Assembly (NCBI RefSeq): GCF_964204645.1
Contig: NC_134025.1
Location: 682,001-746,000 of the forward strand
Length of the DNA stretch: 64,000 nucleotides
Reading direction: 5' to 3'
From: Tubulanus polymorphus
Taxonomy: Eukaryota; Animalia; Nemertea
In this document: positions 13,089-27,316 of the stretch, piece after piece
Layout: every line of letters begins with the position of its first letter
Position numbering within the stretch: position 1 is the stretch's first letter
Notes under the pieces: generated by a model
What the model was told of the DNA's origin: nothing
The model's database searches: none
The model's input: the letters and a program-made list of their open reading frames with translations, nothing else
Position numbers and translations under genes: made by a program

Positions 13089-13615
13089 TTTTCGTTGTGA
13101 GAGGACCCGGTTATGTTTAAGGTCGAGCGCAAATTTTGTTTTAGTAATTTTGTTTTAGATTTTGGGAATTTCGATAATCTTTTATCCGGTACTGTAACTG
13201 TATCTGAGATTACGTTGGTATGATGACCTGTGCATCTCCACGTCATGCTTTTTAAATCCAATAAGGAAAAAAGACTGTTGAATTAAGCTACCACGATCAC
13301 CCATGGCTTCGAGGTTCTTGAATCTAAAATTCTAATAATATTTCTACGGGCTCTCAAACCGTATATAGATTTTTTGTGGAGCTAACATATTTTGAAAATT
13401 TGAGCATAGATAAAGGAATGCGATACATATCTTACTATACAATGAATAGCGAATGGTGATTATAGAGTATCTACGCAACAGTGTCATAATAAATGATAGC
13501 AGGATGACTGACGCTGAAATCCACGTACACAATTTGTAGAAACCGACGAAGAAGCAGTTTTTCATTTTACACTCAATGTGTAACCGGCAATACTTTTAGT
13601 ACAAATTCATATTTC

Positions 13616-14698
13616 ATGACGGAAAATACATCATCGGTCACGTTTTACTTCAATGTATCAGACATCACTACGGAAAGAGAAGGGTTTAAACCTCATCCTC
13701 GGTGTAAATACATTTATCATGCAGATTATAAACCATTTCATGAAAACTTTTATCTACGAATCATGACTTACATCATTTTTAGTGTTTCTGTTTCTGGCGT
13801 CTTCGCAAATTTGTTTTCTTTTATAATTCTAACTAAAGAACGTTCGACTAACACGAGTATATTCTATTTGAGATGTTTGGCTGTTACTGATCTGTTACTG
13901 TGCTTATCTTATGTGGTCATCGAGTTTCAGTATCATCTCTATAGCCACACCTTGTTACTGGACATGACCGCTAAATTTAACCACGAAATGAAACGTCTTT
14001 ATTCATATACACAAAATCTTAAACTCATATTTGTAGGCAGTTCTGATCTATTAACATTACTTATAGCTATAGACAGATATATTGCAGTTTGTTGGCCTCT
14101 AAAAGCGGTAAGAATTATAACCATTAAGAGAAGTTTCATCTACGTCGCTTTAGTTGTGGTAATTTCTGTGACTGACATCAGTAGTAGAAACATGTTCAGA
14201 TTCACAACTCGTCGATCCCGTAATGCATGCACCGGACACGAGAGATGGACTCAAAAGTACACAACCTTCGGTAAAAATATTTATCTGAGATATTATTCTA
14301 CATTTTTCCGGGCTCCGATATTTCTCTTTATCCCTACAGTGATAATGGTTGTAATAACTATCCGATTGATTTTCACGTTGAGACGCGCAGGAGCAGCGAG
14401 AAAAACAATGTCTACAAATAATCAAACTTCTAACAGCAGCAGCAGCAGTGACCGTAGTTTAACTCTGACATTAGTTCTCATTTCAGGTTTCGATTTAATC
14501 AAGCGAACTCTCGGTTTGAGAGCAGCAATAAGCAATTTCATTCGTATCCTTGGAGGTCAATATAAGAAATCAACATATTTTTATCCAATACAAAATTTAA
14601 TACGAATGATCGTAGCATCTTGTAATTTCTTTATCTACTGCGCTTCGAGGCGTCGCTTCAGAAATCAACTTCTAGCAATGTTTTTATCTTCTAAATAA
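13616..14698 (+). CDS. Class A GPCR, FMRFamide-receptor-like, copy 1 (single exon)
   Basis: Seven hydrophobic segments, YLRCLAVTDL in TM2, AIDRYIAVCWPL, and TM7 NFFIYCASRRRFR. Confidence 0.9.
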   Translation: MTENTSSVTFYFNVSDITTEREGFKPHPRCKYIYHADYKPFHENFYLRIMTYIIFSVSVSGVFANLFSFIILTKERSTNTSIFYLRCLAVTDLLLCLSYVVIEFQYHLYSHTLLLDMTAKFNHEMKRLYSYTQNLKLIFVGSSDLLTLLIAIDRYIAVCWPLKAVRIITIKRSFIYVALVVVISVTDISSRNMFRFTTRRSRNACTGHERWTQKYTTFGKNIYLRYYSTFFRAPIFLFIPTVIMVVITIRLIFTLRRAGAARKTMSTNNQTSNSSSSSDRSLTLTLVLISGFDLIKRTLGLRAAISNFIRILGGQYKKSTYFYPIQNLIRMIVASCNFFIYCASRRRFRNQLLAMFLSSK

Positions 14699-15613
14699 AT
14701 AAAAGGAATTGATTGACTTTACTCCGACTGTTTGACTGTTCATTGTGGCGGCATCGGGGGACACTTCTTGGTGATCGAATATTTATTTAAAGTCTTCTCA
14801 TGAATTTTTTTTCGCTTCATTTTATGCCGGGTATCATTCAATCACAGTTTATCAAAATTCGATGTTAAAGATGTTTCTTTCTACGTGTATTACGAATTTT
14901 CATTATCTTTTCTGCAATTAATTCACGCAACTGTTTAAGTCTAGTGGTGTCGGACCTAGTCAACTCATCCTCCCTCGGCAGGGATTCGGCACCGATTTCA
15001 ACACGTTCTAAAAGTTCAGGCCGATTACCGCAGTGTACCACTGATCTTAAATCCATCACCTGGTCAACTCTCAGTATCAGTATGGATCAACTTGGTATCT
15101 GGTCAACTCGGTATCTGGTCAACTCGGTATAACGCGTATTCGGCCAAGTCCATAAGTCGCTGTAAGTCCAAAAATGACCAATGAATAACGGTAGAATTGA
15201 ATGTAAATAGCACATGTTTAAAAGATGACCTAAATTGTTACTTTTTGATGCGAAAATTAAGCATAGAAAATTGATTCTTTTTTCTATAAATGTAAAAATA
15301 CGCTTAGCATCTCAATGTCAAACAATTCGGTTTATGCATCAATATTATATTTTTGTACCACAAAAATTCCAATATAATCCACGTATGTTGTAGACGGCCT
15401 TTCTTTTTATAAATATTTGAGTCGTACAAATAGTTCTGCCTGAATCGATACTGGAATTCTGAAACAGGCATAAATAAAGTTGATTTTGCGGTCGATGCTA
15501 AATTTACATTTCAATGTAATAATTATGTCCGATGATTGGAAGATGACTGCCGATGACGACAGAGTGATTTTGATAGCGATGAGAATTAGTCCAAGAAGAA
15601 GAAGAATCATTTT

Positions 15614-16431
15614 ATGACGATGGAAAATACATCATCGGTCGCGTTTTACTTCAATGTATCGGACATCACTACGGAAAGAGAAGGGTTTAAACCTCATCCT
15701 CGGTGTAAATACATTCATCATGCTGATTATAAACCATTTCATGAAAACCTTTATCTACGAATCATGAATTATATCATTTTTAGTGTTTCTGTTTCTGGTG
15801 TTTTTGCAAATTTGTTTTCTTTTATAATTCTAACTAAAGAACGTTCGACTAACACGAGTATATTCTATTTGAGATGTTTGGCTGTTACTGATCTGTTTAC
15901 GTGTCTATTTTATGTGATCATCGAATTTCAGTATCATCTCTATAGCCACACCTTGTTACTGGACATGACCGCTAAATTCAACCACGATATGAAACGTCTT
16001 TATCCATATACGCAGAACGCTCAATTCATTTCCGGATCAATTTCTGGTCTATTAACATTACTTATAGCTTTAGACAGATATATTGCAGTTTGTTGGCCTC
16101 TAAAAGCGGTAAGAATTATAAGAATTAAGAGAAGTTACATCTACGTCGCTTTAGTTGTGGTAATTTGTATAACTGACATCTTAGGTAGAAACATGTTTAA
16201 GTACACAACTCGTCGATCCCGTAATCCATGCACCGGTCACGAGAGATGGACTCAAAAGTTCACAACCTTCGGTAAGAATATTTATCTGAGATATTATTCG
16301 ACATTTGTCCGGGCTCCGATATTTCTCTTTATCCCTACAGTGATAATGGTTGTAATAACTATCCGATTGATTTTCACGTTGAGACGCGCAGGAGCAGCGA
16401 GAAAAACAATGTCTACAAATAATCAAACTAC

Positions 16432-16465
<34 letters not shown>

Positions 16466-16714
16466 GACCGAAGTTTAACTCTGACATTAGTTCTCATTTC
16501 ATGTTTGTATTTGGTTAAACATGTTTTTACGATGAGAGCTGCCATTGTTAATTTCATTCGTCTCCTTGGAGGTCAATATACGAAATCGACATATATTCAT
16601 CCAATACAAAATTTAATACGAATGATCGTAGCATCTTGTAATTTCTATATTTACTGCGCTTCAAGGCGTCGCTTCAGAAATCAACTTCGAGCAATGTTGC
16701 GCTGTCCGATCTAG
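15614..16714 (+). CDS. Class A GPCR, FMRFamide-receptor-like, copy 2
   Basis: Tandem paralog of copy 1, with the DRY motif and TM7 NFYIYC. Confidence 0.9.
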
Positions 16715-16880
16715 ACTGGTTGCCGGTCTCTACTTTAAGACTAGACTGGTCGCCTGTCCAATTCTGCGCCACCTGCATTCGCAGTCAGAATAGTCTTAGA
16801 CTGGTTGCCGGTCTCCATATTGAATGAGACAGGCAACCCGTCTAGAATAGTCTGAAAGTAGAGACCGGCAACTAGTCTAC
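16712..16880. mobile_element. Inverted-repeat element overlapping the GPCR copy 2 stop codon
   Basis: TAGACTGGTTGCCGGTCTCTACTTT...AAAGTAGAGACCGGCAACTAGTCTA with internal sub-repeats. Confidence 0.6.
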
Positions 16881-17519
16881 ACTGAAGATATTCTCTGATA
16901 TTGATGGTTCGAATCCTGAAAGTGACAGATCTCGGGCGGTTCTCCCAGCTCTATAACCCTGGAAGTTTGTACCTGCAGTTTGAACCCCGATAAACAGAGA
17001 TTTTTTCCTGCGGCTCTTCTCTCAGCTCAATGTATATTTTCCAAAACGAAAAAAAAGATTTTTCTTTTCATGGGACAACATTTATATTTCATTTCCAACA
17101 CCGAAATTATCTATGAACAATACTTATTCATCCAGAACAGAATAATAAGAGCATACACTGGCATGTTAGGTAGTTTCTATGTTCTAAGTAGACTTCGCTT
17201 TAAGTCGGATCATTTTTGGAATGTGATAAACAACATTCAGTGCGACTTAACTTGACAGCTGGCTGGTACATAGGCCTAGTCAACAGATCGCAGTTAAACC
17301 AAACAGTTCTCTATCTGAGAGGATCCGACCACAGTGAAGTCTACTGTTGTTTAGTTACAATTTGAATTGATGAATGAAATACAAAATACAAAGTTTTACA
17401 CTTGTGACAGTTTATAAAGCACCTGTTAATCACATAAGATAATTTTTCATATTAGTTTTCAACATGCATTTAGAGTACTACATTCCAAAACTAGGCTTTC
17501 ATAACCTCGAAACTGAATA

Positions 17520-18545
17520 CGTTTATTAATGTCATTCAATTATCCTCATCGCATTAAAGCTTTTTTTCATAATATCAATAAATACAGAATAATTTGTAGA
17601 AATTTATTCAATTACCGGTTTTGAAAATTCCCCCAAGAATCAGAGAGATGATATTATAATATAAGAGATTCATATAATAGTACAATAATAACGATACATA
17701 AATATATACAGTTACAAAATAAACTTGACAATTCACATATGCTATAAACAACATGTCTCTGAATACACTTTTGATTTGATTCTAAACATACATTGTTTCT
17801 AATACAACGTTTTAAATATTTGCATATTGAAAAAATGAAACCCTTCGGAATAAATACATATCAATTAAATTAAGTAATAATTAATTATAAATACAAAAAG
17901 TGTTTGTTTTAAAGCAAGAGTTAAATTTTTCAAGTACAGATGACTCCTCTAAAGAAATGACACCTCGTTTCCCCTGATCGGCCGCGGGTCATTTTATAAA
18001 GCTGCAATCAAATTTGTAATCAGTCCATTTCTATAACTGCCGGGTCTGTTATTGTTAGCTTGATCATGATTTTAGAAAGAGTAATTTAAAGGGTAGATAT
18101 GCGGCCGGCCGGACGGTTCAACTGAGATTCAAAACGAGGTATCAATTTTTTCAGCCTAATAATAAGACAAATACTTTTAGGTCAAATCATCCCTCATTCT
18201 TAAAAACATTAACATTCCTTCATTTAACTCAAACACAAATTACTGGTCGTTATAGATAAGAGGTAGGAGGATGAGGAGGAGGGGGAGGAGGAGAATGAGG
18301 AGGAGTCTACTGTACGATGATCACATTACTATTCATAGATTTATCTAAAACAACATGAAACTGTTTTTTAGAACCGTTTGTTGTAGAAGAACAGGTTCTG
18401 ACTCTCTCTCTCTCTCTTTCTCTCAGCCGATGACACCTCGAGCTTTCGATTCCATAATGATCGGATACTTTGAGATTCAATGAAGAATAATCACATCCAG
18501 TCCAGCTGGCTTTAACCCTTAATCTTCTAAAACATGGACACATCA
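17520..18545 (-). other. Putative shared non-coding 3' exon of the InaF locus
   Basis: Strong acceptor TTTTATATTTTTCAG|TGATG with exon start at 18545, followed by AT-rich UTR-like sequence. Minus-strand AATAAA at 17603-17608 and 17522-17527. The 3' end is uncertain. Confidence 0.5.
17960..18158. mobile_element. MITE family copy
   Basis: Homologous to the 24628-24853 element and ends GGTATCAATTTTTTCAGCCTAA. Confidence 0.6.
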
Positions 18546-18655
18546 CTGAAAAATATAAAATCAAATTTATATGATAAACAAACAGTTTTTGAGTTTTTGA
18601 GCTGAATGTGGGTGATCAACAATGGGAAGAATGGAGATAAAGCATCAAATATCTG

Positions 18656-19060
18656 AGAGGATGCAGGGTCCAGACTGAGGGGGTAAAGGGTTGAGGCTGA
18701 GGGGGTAAAGGGTCTAGGCTTGAGGGGGTAAAGGGTCGAGGCATGAGGGGGTAAAGGGTCGAGGTTTGAGGGGGTAAAGGGTTGAGGCTTGAGGGGGTAA
18801 AGGGTCGAGGCTTGAGGGAGTTAAGGGTTGAGGGGGTAAAGGGTCGAGGCTTGAGGGGGTTAAGGGTTGAGGTTTGAGGGGGTAAAGGGTCGAGGCTTGA
18901 GGGGTAAAGGGTTGAGGCTTGAGGGAGCATAGGGTCGAGGCTTGAGGGGGTAAAGGGTCGAGGCTTGAGGGGGTTAAGGGTCCAGACTGCAGGGGGTAAA
19001 GGGTCCAGGCTGCAGGGGGTAAAGGGTCCAGGCTGAGGGGGTGCAGGGTCCAGGCTGCAG
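18656..19060. repeat. G-rich minisatellite (GGGGTAAAGGGTCGAGGCTTGAG-like, ~24 bp)
   Basis: Visible tandem array. It produces spurious Pro-rich ORFs. Confidence 0.9.
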
Positions 19061-19256
19061 GATTGGTGCACAAGTACAGAAATAACACACAGCCTAGTTA
19101 TACCACGCTATAATATCTAACATTCAGTTACATTACTTTATTGAAAAGACAATTTTCTTTCAATTTAGAAAAAAAAAACAACTTAATTCGCACAAGATCA
19201 AATGAACTCGTTGTTGAAATAGAGGCTGCAACAGTGTAATCGATATATCCACTACT

Positions 19257-19270
19257 GTTGTCATAGCAAC
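19257..19270. promoter_or_regulatory. RFX X-box-like motif GTTGTCATAGCAAC
   Basis: Matches the X-box palindrome consensus. Motif match only. Confidence 0.35.
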
Positions 19271-19678
19271 ACAAGTATAACTCATTGATCGGTGTTTGGG
19301 CGGAAATAAAAATCTATGGAATTACGACAACATTCATACTTTCATTCCTTCGTTTAGTATAAATTGCGATGTTTTTTCATGAAAATTGAAACTAAGACGA
19401 TTTATTTCTTAAATATAAATGACAATTTTGTCTAAAAAAGTGAGACTTAAAGATGGCATGAGAGTTACTTTGGTTAAATATTAATTATGGTACACAAACT
19501 TGCTTGAGTTGTCATTTGTCACATTACTGAAGTCATTTCTATTTTTGAGTCCCAATTTGTATTCCCAATTCAATTAAAGTTCTAATTCAAATGTAAGTCA
19601 TCATGGATGATACTTTGACAAGCACATTGAATAACTTACCAAATTGCTTGATTGAATTGAAGAAGTGAAACATAATAA

Positions 19679-20011
<333 letters not shown>

Positions 20012-20491
20012 CTAAATTATTCAACGACTTCAATTATTGCCGATGTTATTCCGAATAACTGTCGTAGAGTTAAGCACCTCCTCGTGTAGATGTTACGTGA
20101 ATGATGACGGATAAGATGAGATTATTGATTATCTCTGGGTGTGGCTGTGCAACAGTTTATGAACATAAATGTTAAAGCCATGACAACTGTTAACATTGTA
20201 TAAGATTTAAGTCTAAATTCAGGTAGGTTAAAACGTTTGGTTGTAACACGCTACTCATTAACGCACAACCAATTAGTAAAATACACACCAAAATCATCAA
20301 TAATTAATCGTCAGTAAAACTAGATTTATTTCATTTGAAACTAAAATCTACCTGGACTTATATCTATCACTGATTGATAATATATTCATTAATTCAGTTT
20401 TAATCAATTCAAAAGTTCTCAGGTTATTGTGAATCTAGCCCCAGCCTAGATTCACAAAACGATTAACTGGCCTTGATCCAATTACTTCAGC

Positions 20492-20523
20492 CATGGACGT
20501 ATAAACTAGTTTATACGTCCATG
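20492..20523. repeat. Perfect 32-bp palindrome within a small inverted-repeat element
   Basis: CATGGACGTATAAACTAGTTTATACGTCCATG. It is flanked by TGTGAATCTAGCCC / CTAGATTCACA termini (20427-20560). Confidence 0.7.
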
Positions 20524-21281
20524 CTTCAGCAGATTCAGTTCAATGTGTGAATCTAGCCCTAGGGGTAGACAGGCCTACTCACTGAATTTCTCCTCATAAA
20601 GCCAGGCGGCAATAAAATGAAATAATATGAAAACCAAAGAATCACCTACAAAATGAACCATTCACAAAATAGGAATTTGTTTGATCACTTTTCAAACAGA
20701 AATAGTTCAAGGGCTTCTTAACTCTTTAACAAGTATAAAACACTTTTAGTATTTAATGTAGGAACCATGATTACAAAGAGGTTCAGTGTAGGAAATAGCT
20801 CTAAATTCTAGTTTTCAGCACATCATGTTTACATCTACTCTTTCTGTAAGTACGTGTTGCTTACAAAAAGGATCACAGCTACAGAGCTGGTCCTACACCA
20901 AATATCAACCCCTTTGTTACCCTCTAATCACATTCCGTAGACTTACACCACTGACTGTGTATTAAACACAATCTCCACCAGTTAATCACTACCACATGGG
21001 CTCATATCAGAGTTGTCGGTATAAAATAACTATATAAAAACCGGATTAAGAGATTATCGTTTTTACACTATTCATTCAACTCTGATACAAGCCCCTGTGA
21101 GTGTGAATACCCTCTCCCTATTACCTTTATTAAACTAGGTCTAGTCTAGGGCCATTTTTCTCCATTAAGCGGAGACTTACCCGGCTAGACTAGTTCTAGG
21201 TCGATAGATAAAAAATATCAAACTAACTCACCAAACAAAGAGCAGCGTTCTCACCAAAGGAGAGGAAGAAGATGATATTAA

Positions 21282-21605
<324 letters not shown>

Positions 21606-22404
21606 TTACTAATGAGATAGTGAAATCTAATGACAATTTTAAGAGGCTCTTCAACACTGTTCCCCAGTTCACAGTCGCTGTATCGTAAATAATTACATTA
21701 CCATATCACATATGATACGGCAGCTAATTAAAACGACTTCATTCGTTCAAACATTTACAAATCAACTCTTTCTTTTAGTAAAATCAATCTATATTTCCTG
21801 TAAACAATTTTCTGTAAAGAAATCTCTCCAATGACTTTTAAATGTCGAAAATTAAATATATAAGTTTAATTCAGTAAGGTATTGGGTAAGAGTTAGTCAC
21901 ATGACGTGAAAATGGCGGTGATTTGTAGGATATGAATAAAATCCGGATATGGAAATAGGGCTTAAGCACAAAAACCGGGATATGGATTCGGACACATAGA
22001 ATGGGGCTCATGTCCTGGGACAATAAATATTTACAAAAATATCCTGGAATGCAGAAATGCACTACGATGAAGTCCGTCATGAACATTTAATGAAACATCA
22101 AAACTTGGCACCTGATGGCATTCTACTCCACTTATTCCATCTGCAGTCCCTAATTACTCCTGTCTGCTGGACTATCCTTTGTTGTCGGCCCAGGATCGCT
22201 CTGCTCCAGATGACAAATAAAAAACAACTACAGCATCTATGATATACAAAATAAATTCTATTTTTTTTTCATACTTTTCTTTTCTTTCTAAAATCAAATG
22301 CATTTTAAACATCATATTCCGACATAAAATGTTTTAACATTTTACTTGAAAGTCAATAAATTTGTTATTGAGTTGGCAGTTGATGAAAATGTAAACATGA
22401 AAAA

Positions 22405-25400
22405 TCAATACTTCGACATGCCTTGACCCCATCTGTCATATCGTTCGACACTTCTCCTCATTCTAGCTCCGCCTCTGGCCATCTCAAACTCATTATCGCA
22501 ACCATGACGCTCGAGTTGGTGGTCGCTACGGTTACTGGGTCTATAATTCTGTTCGAGGAATTGTTCGTGCTCTGTATTCACATTCGTTAAACCGAGTTCC
22601 CTGAAACAGAATAATAATCAATTTCTCATAAATGACGTAAATTGATAAACAAACACTGCCTAGATTTAATAAATACCGGTCCATCATTTGAAAGAAACGT
22701 TTTTTCTCTTCTAAATATTCCAGTATGACTGGATTAGACAGATCTGCTCTTCTTTTCACTGCAGGTTCCTCAACATCAGCTCGTCTAAACCGTTCCTCTC
22801 TGTTTTCAACATCAGCTCGTCTAAACTGTTCCTCTCTGTTTTCAACATCAGCTCGTCTAAACTGTTCCTCTCTGTTTTCAACATCAGCTCCTCTGAACCC
22901 TCCCTCTCTATCAGATCCTCTGAACAGTTCCTCTCTATTCTCACCACCTGTTAACAGAAAATTATCCTTTAACAATTAAAATTCTAGAATATCAAGTACG
23001 TATTAGGGATGGGGAGAGAATTAACTTACCCCCACTGTCCGTTGAAATATCAAACAGACTTGGAATTACAGGTCCATTTCGTATATTGTTCCTGCCTCCC
23101 CCCTGTCCAGAGTCCCAACCCCGATCCTCGTTTGGCCGCGAGTCCCATTCCCTGCCCCCTTTTGGTCCAGAGTCCCATCCCCTGCCCCTTCTTGGTCCAG
23201 AGTCCCATCCCCTGCCCCTTCTTGGCCCAGAGTCCCATTCCCTATTTTCTCTCCATCCAGAGTCTCTGTCTATTCCTGACCTTAAGTCATCTTCTCCTCT
23301 TGATCCAGAGTCCCATTCTCTGCCTCCTCGCTGTCCAGAGTCCCATTCCCTGCCCCTTCTTGGCCCAGAGTCCCATCCCCTGCCCCTTCTTGGCCCAGAG
23401 TCCCATTCCCTATTTTCTCTCCATCCAGAGTCTCTGTCTATTCCTGACCTTAAGTCATCTTCTCCTCTTGATCCATTGTCCCATTCTCCTCTCCATCCAG
23501 GGTCCCTCTCCATATCCTCTCTATTATTTGAGTCCCAACCTCGACCCTCTCTCAACCGATTATCCCTTCTCTCTTCTGACCTAAAGTCATCTTCCCTTCT
23601 TCCAAAGTCACCTCTAAAACCAGAGTCATTTCCTCTTTCAAAGTCATGTACACCGCCCATTCTCAATCCATGTTCATCACCAATTCCTGATCCATGTACA
23701 CTGCCCATTCTCAAGCCATGTTGATCACCCTTTCCAGGTCCATGTACACTGCCCACTCTCAATCCATGTTCACCCATTCCAGGTCCATGTACACTGCCCA
23801 CTCTCAATCCATGTTGATCACCCATTCCTAAACTGAATTCCCTGGATATTGTTGGATTGTATTGTCGCTCCATTTCAGTTGTTGGTCCAGTCACTGGTCC
23901 TCTGAAGTTCCCACCCATCATCTCATCGTCAACCCATCTTCTCTTCCTAATCTGGTTTCCATCAGATCCATGATTCCACTGATTTGCAGTTGTTCGTTGA
24001 TGAGATGCGCTGCCCTCCACACGAGGTTTCATAGCTTCACGTATGATTGACTCGATATCTCCGCCCCTTTTATGAAACTCCGCCTTTATCTGACTAGAAA
24101 TCTCTTTAACTTGTCCTACAATATGATAATTTATAAGTTGAAATAAAATGAGGGTGAAAATTTGTACACTTTACATTCAATAATTACCTTCAAGTTGTAT
24201 ATCTGCATGAGGGGGTCGTTCCAAGACTGGCTGCATTCCAGGGAATAAATGAGGTTCTGGTTGCGGGCGCATCACTGGACATAGCTCGGGTTTCGTAGGT
24301 GGCAGCACTGGTGCACTTTCGCGTACAACTCGTACTTTCTGACGACCTTCTTCGACCTCAATTTGCATCGCGAAATTTGACGCTAATTCAGAAAGTTCCG
24401 ATCGTTTTCGCTTTATTTCTTTGTTCGTAATATCTTCATACATTTCCTGATACGCCGGGTTTTCTTTCTGCGAAAATTTACAAATTCATATCGATGTTGA
24501 TGCAAGTCATTTTACCAAAATATCAATTTCCAATTCTATCAATATTAATTTAGACTTAGAGTTGCAGTTTATACTGAAGACATGCAATACTGATGATTTC
24601 ACTTGAGAGTAAATGATCGCTAGTTAATTAGGCTAAACAAAAATGATACCTTGTTTCTCCGCAGCGGCCGGGTAATTTTAGTAAAATATGATAAAATTTG
24701 TAAACAGTTCATTTCTATAGCGGCCGGGTCTGTTATGGTGAAATTGATCACGATTTAAAAAAAAGTAATGTATAGGGTAGATAGGCGGCCGGCCGGGTCA
24801 ACATTTAAGCTCAGCAGAGCGGAGAAACAAGGTATCAATTTTTTTTAGCCTTATAGGAATTACAATTATGTGTATTTTGTGATAAGTTTAATAAGGTTGG
24901 TATTTTCTGGGTCTTCGATAAGGTGGGTGCATTATACGTAGATCTCTATAATTACCATAGTTAAACACCGATGACGAACTCCTAATATATGAGACATTAT
25001 CAATCCGATATCCATTTTACCTCCACAAATACTACACGTATATCTCATTTGTAATTTGCCATTCGCGTCCAAACTGTGAAACTCAGTAATATACTGCAAA
25101 CCTAGAAAATGTAGGTACTTTTAAATGTAGGCTCATTAGGGTAATCAAGTCTCTGTATGATCAACTGTGGCAAGCGAGGATCCACCAGATGGCAGTCATG
25201 GGCAACAATACTGGCGTTCTTCTATTATTAAAATTAAATTCATTCAATGTTTAATAGAATCACTCTCTCTGTTTGAATCTTTAAAGGAATTTATCAAGGC
25301 ATTCTGATTTGCCTAAAGTTTGCTGCCTCGTGGGTGGCTAGAATTCTAAATGAAAATTACATGAATATGAACTAAATTTTGACAGAGTTGTTGTATTGTA

Positions 25401-25551
25401 GCTGGAGAACGGGGTCATCATCAATGCAAATAGGTGGAGTAGAGGTCTAATGTTATTTACCGATGACAGGTTCAATGCATCCTTCTAGTTTGACGTTTAA
25501 AACTGGTGTGGTATCTTCTTCATTAAACTCTTGACCGATGGTGTCCGACAT
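22405..25551 (-). CDS. Uncharacterised C2H2/U1-like zinc-finger protein with RG/W/D-rich repeat region (6 coding exons)
   Basis: Spliced model MSDTIGQEF..CIEPVIG|LQYITEF..YTCSICGG..MSHILGVRHR|KENPAYQEMY..IEVEEGRQKV|..RGRGWDSGPR repeats..|GGENREE..ADVENREEQFRR repeats|..GQGMSKY*. Canonical GT-AG junctions stay in frame. Confidence 0.7.
24628..24853. mobile_element. MITE with TIRs, intronic
   Basis: TAGGCTAAACAAAAATGATACCTTGTTTCTCCGC...GCGGAGAAACAAGGTATCAATTTTTTTTAGCCT. Confidence 0.75.
25182..25195 (+). promoter_or_regulatory. CTCF-like motif CCACCAGATGGCAG
   Basis: Matches the CTCF core consensus. Motif match only. Confidence 0.35.
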
Positions 25552-26614
25552 ATTCGGTGCCTGGTGGTGGTAACCTGTACGGCTAGAAATAACATAAACC
25601 AAATTTCAGGCTTGATTGATAATAAAGTTACATTTGAATTTGTTCTTGACTGGAGCCGGTCACTATACTAGTATATTCTTGTATTCGTGTGGATTTCGCG
25701 AACAGAGACGCAGCTGGGTGCTGTATTCAGTGAACTACTGACGTAAACCATAGAAATTACTCACTTGACTCGAAAATTACAACATATAACCTTCAATTGT
25801 TAGAATTCTGCAGTCGAAAGTAATAAATTGATTTGATTGACGAGATGGACGGCTCTATTGAGGATGGGCTAAAACACGGATTCTGGACGTATACGATTCC
25901 TATTAGACAGTGCTGCCACCACATCAAAAACCACTCAGTTCATATAAAAAAAACTTAACTTTAATGTATTTTTATATAGAATAACACGTACATATATACG
26001 GCATATACTGATCTACAGTATAAATACCATAGATTTCACATTAAAACATTATCAGACACAAACAGTCACATACCATACGATACAACTCTTACAAAAATTA
26101 CATTGTCAACAACAAATTAAGTAACAGCACAGGACCATAAGATAGTAGAATTATCCATAGAGTTAGTCAGTAACCTGTCTGTGGTTTAGTTTCATGATCG
26201 GATATTTTCACAAACCACAGTTGCTTACCACCAACAACGATTAGGTAACTGTAAACTACCATAGAGTTAGAGTTCATTCATCAGTGAAATATGGAAGTTG
26301 ACCCATTAAAAGTCTAATACTGTTTCTTACAAGATTCATAATTAAATAATCTCAATTTTTTCCGATATGTGACTTATATACTCTGCGGCAAAAATGCTTC
26401 ATTTTCAAATTCAGGGCACCAGAGAGCGATGTGAGGGGCCTGGCGATTCAGGCCCATCAATTGTTGATCACTTGATGACAGTTTTCAACTGTTTGTTCCA
26501 TTTGAAATAATAGAGAATCACTATCTTCTTTACAAATAGAGTTAAACATATAAATCCATTGATAACTGCAAGATTTTACACTCCATTGAACACAAATTTG
26601 ACGATGATCCACAT

Positions 26615-26947
<333 letters not shown>

Positions 26948-27303
26948 CTAGACAACGATGATCAAGTTGAGTTCAGTAGCTTCTCACAACTGCTGTGTCC
27001 TCAACAGGCACCCAGCCCCTGAAAAAACTAAAACTCATAACACGAACAGTTGCTAATTAAAATAATTACGTATTTGCTAATTGATAAGTAATTTCAACAC
27101 TTTGAAGATTTAACTGCCTATACATTTTCAATTGTACATTGAAATTGACTTGCAAACAAGTTTATTTCTCTAATTTGTCAATGTTTGGGGCTGGAGGTTT
27201 CGTGTAATATCTGTGGTGAGTTTGTATTTCTCGGGACCTAACCCTAACCCTAGCTAGCTCAGATGTTCACATTGTTATGTGGGACCTGACACGCGCCCCA
27301 ACA

Positions 27304-27316
27304 GTTGTATAGCAAC
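27304..27316. promoter_or_regulatory. RFX X-box-like motif in divergent promoter (InaF-3 / SLC3A-like)
   Basis: GTTGTATAGCAAC, with further GCAAC half-sites within 25 bp. Confidence 0.45.

Noticed and set aside
18307-18564. 85-aa ORF in the putative shared InaF exon
   Set aside because: No recognisable domain, it includes a GA repeat, and it would lie downstream of the InaF stops.
18616-19088. Pro-rich ORFs
   Set aside because: They are minisatellite translations.
23009-23724. Plus-strand repeat ORFs
   Set aside because: They are antisense shadows of the RG-repeat exon.
27236-27252. Telomeric repeat CCTAACCCTAACCCTA
   Set aside because: Fewer than three units, too short to call an interstitial telomere.
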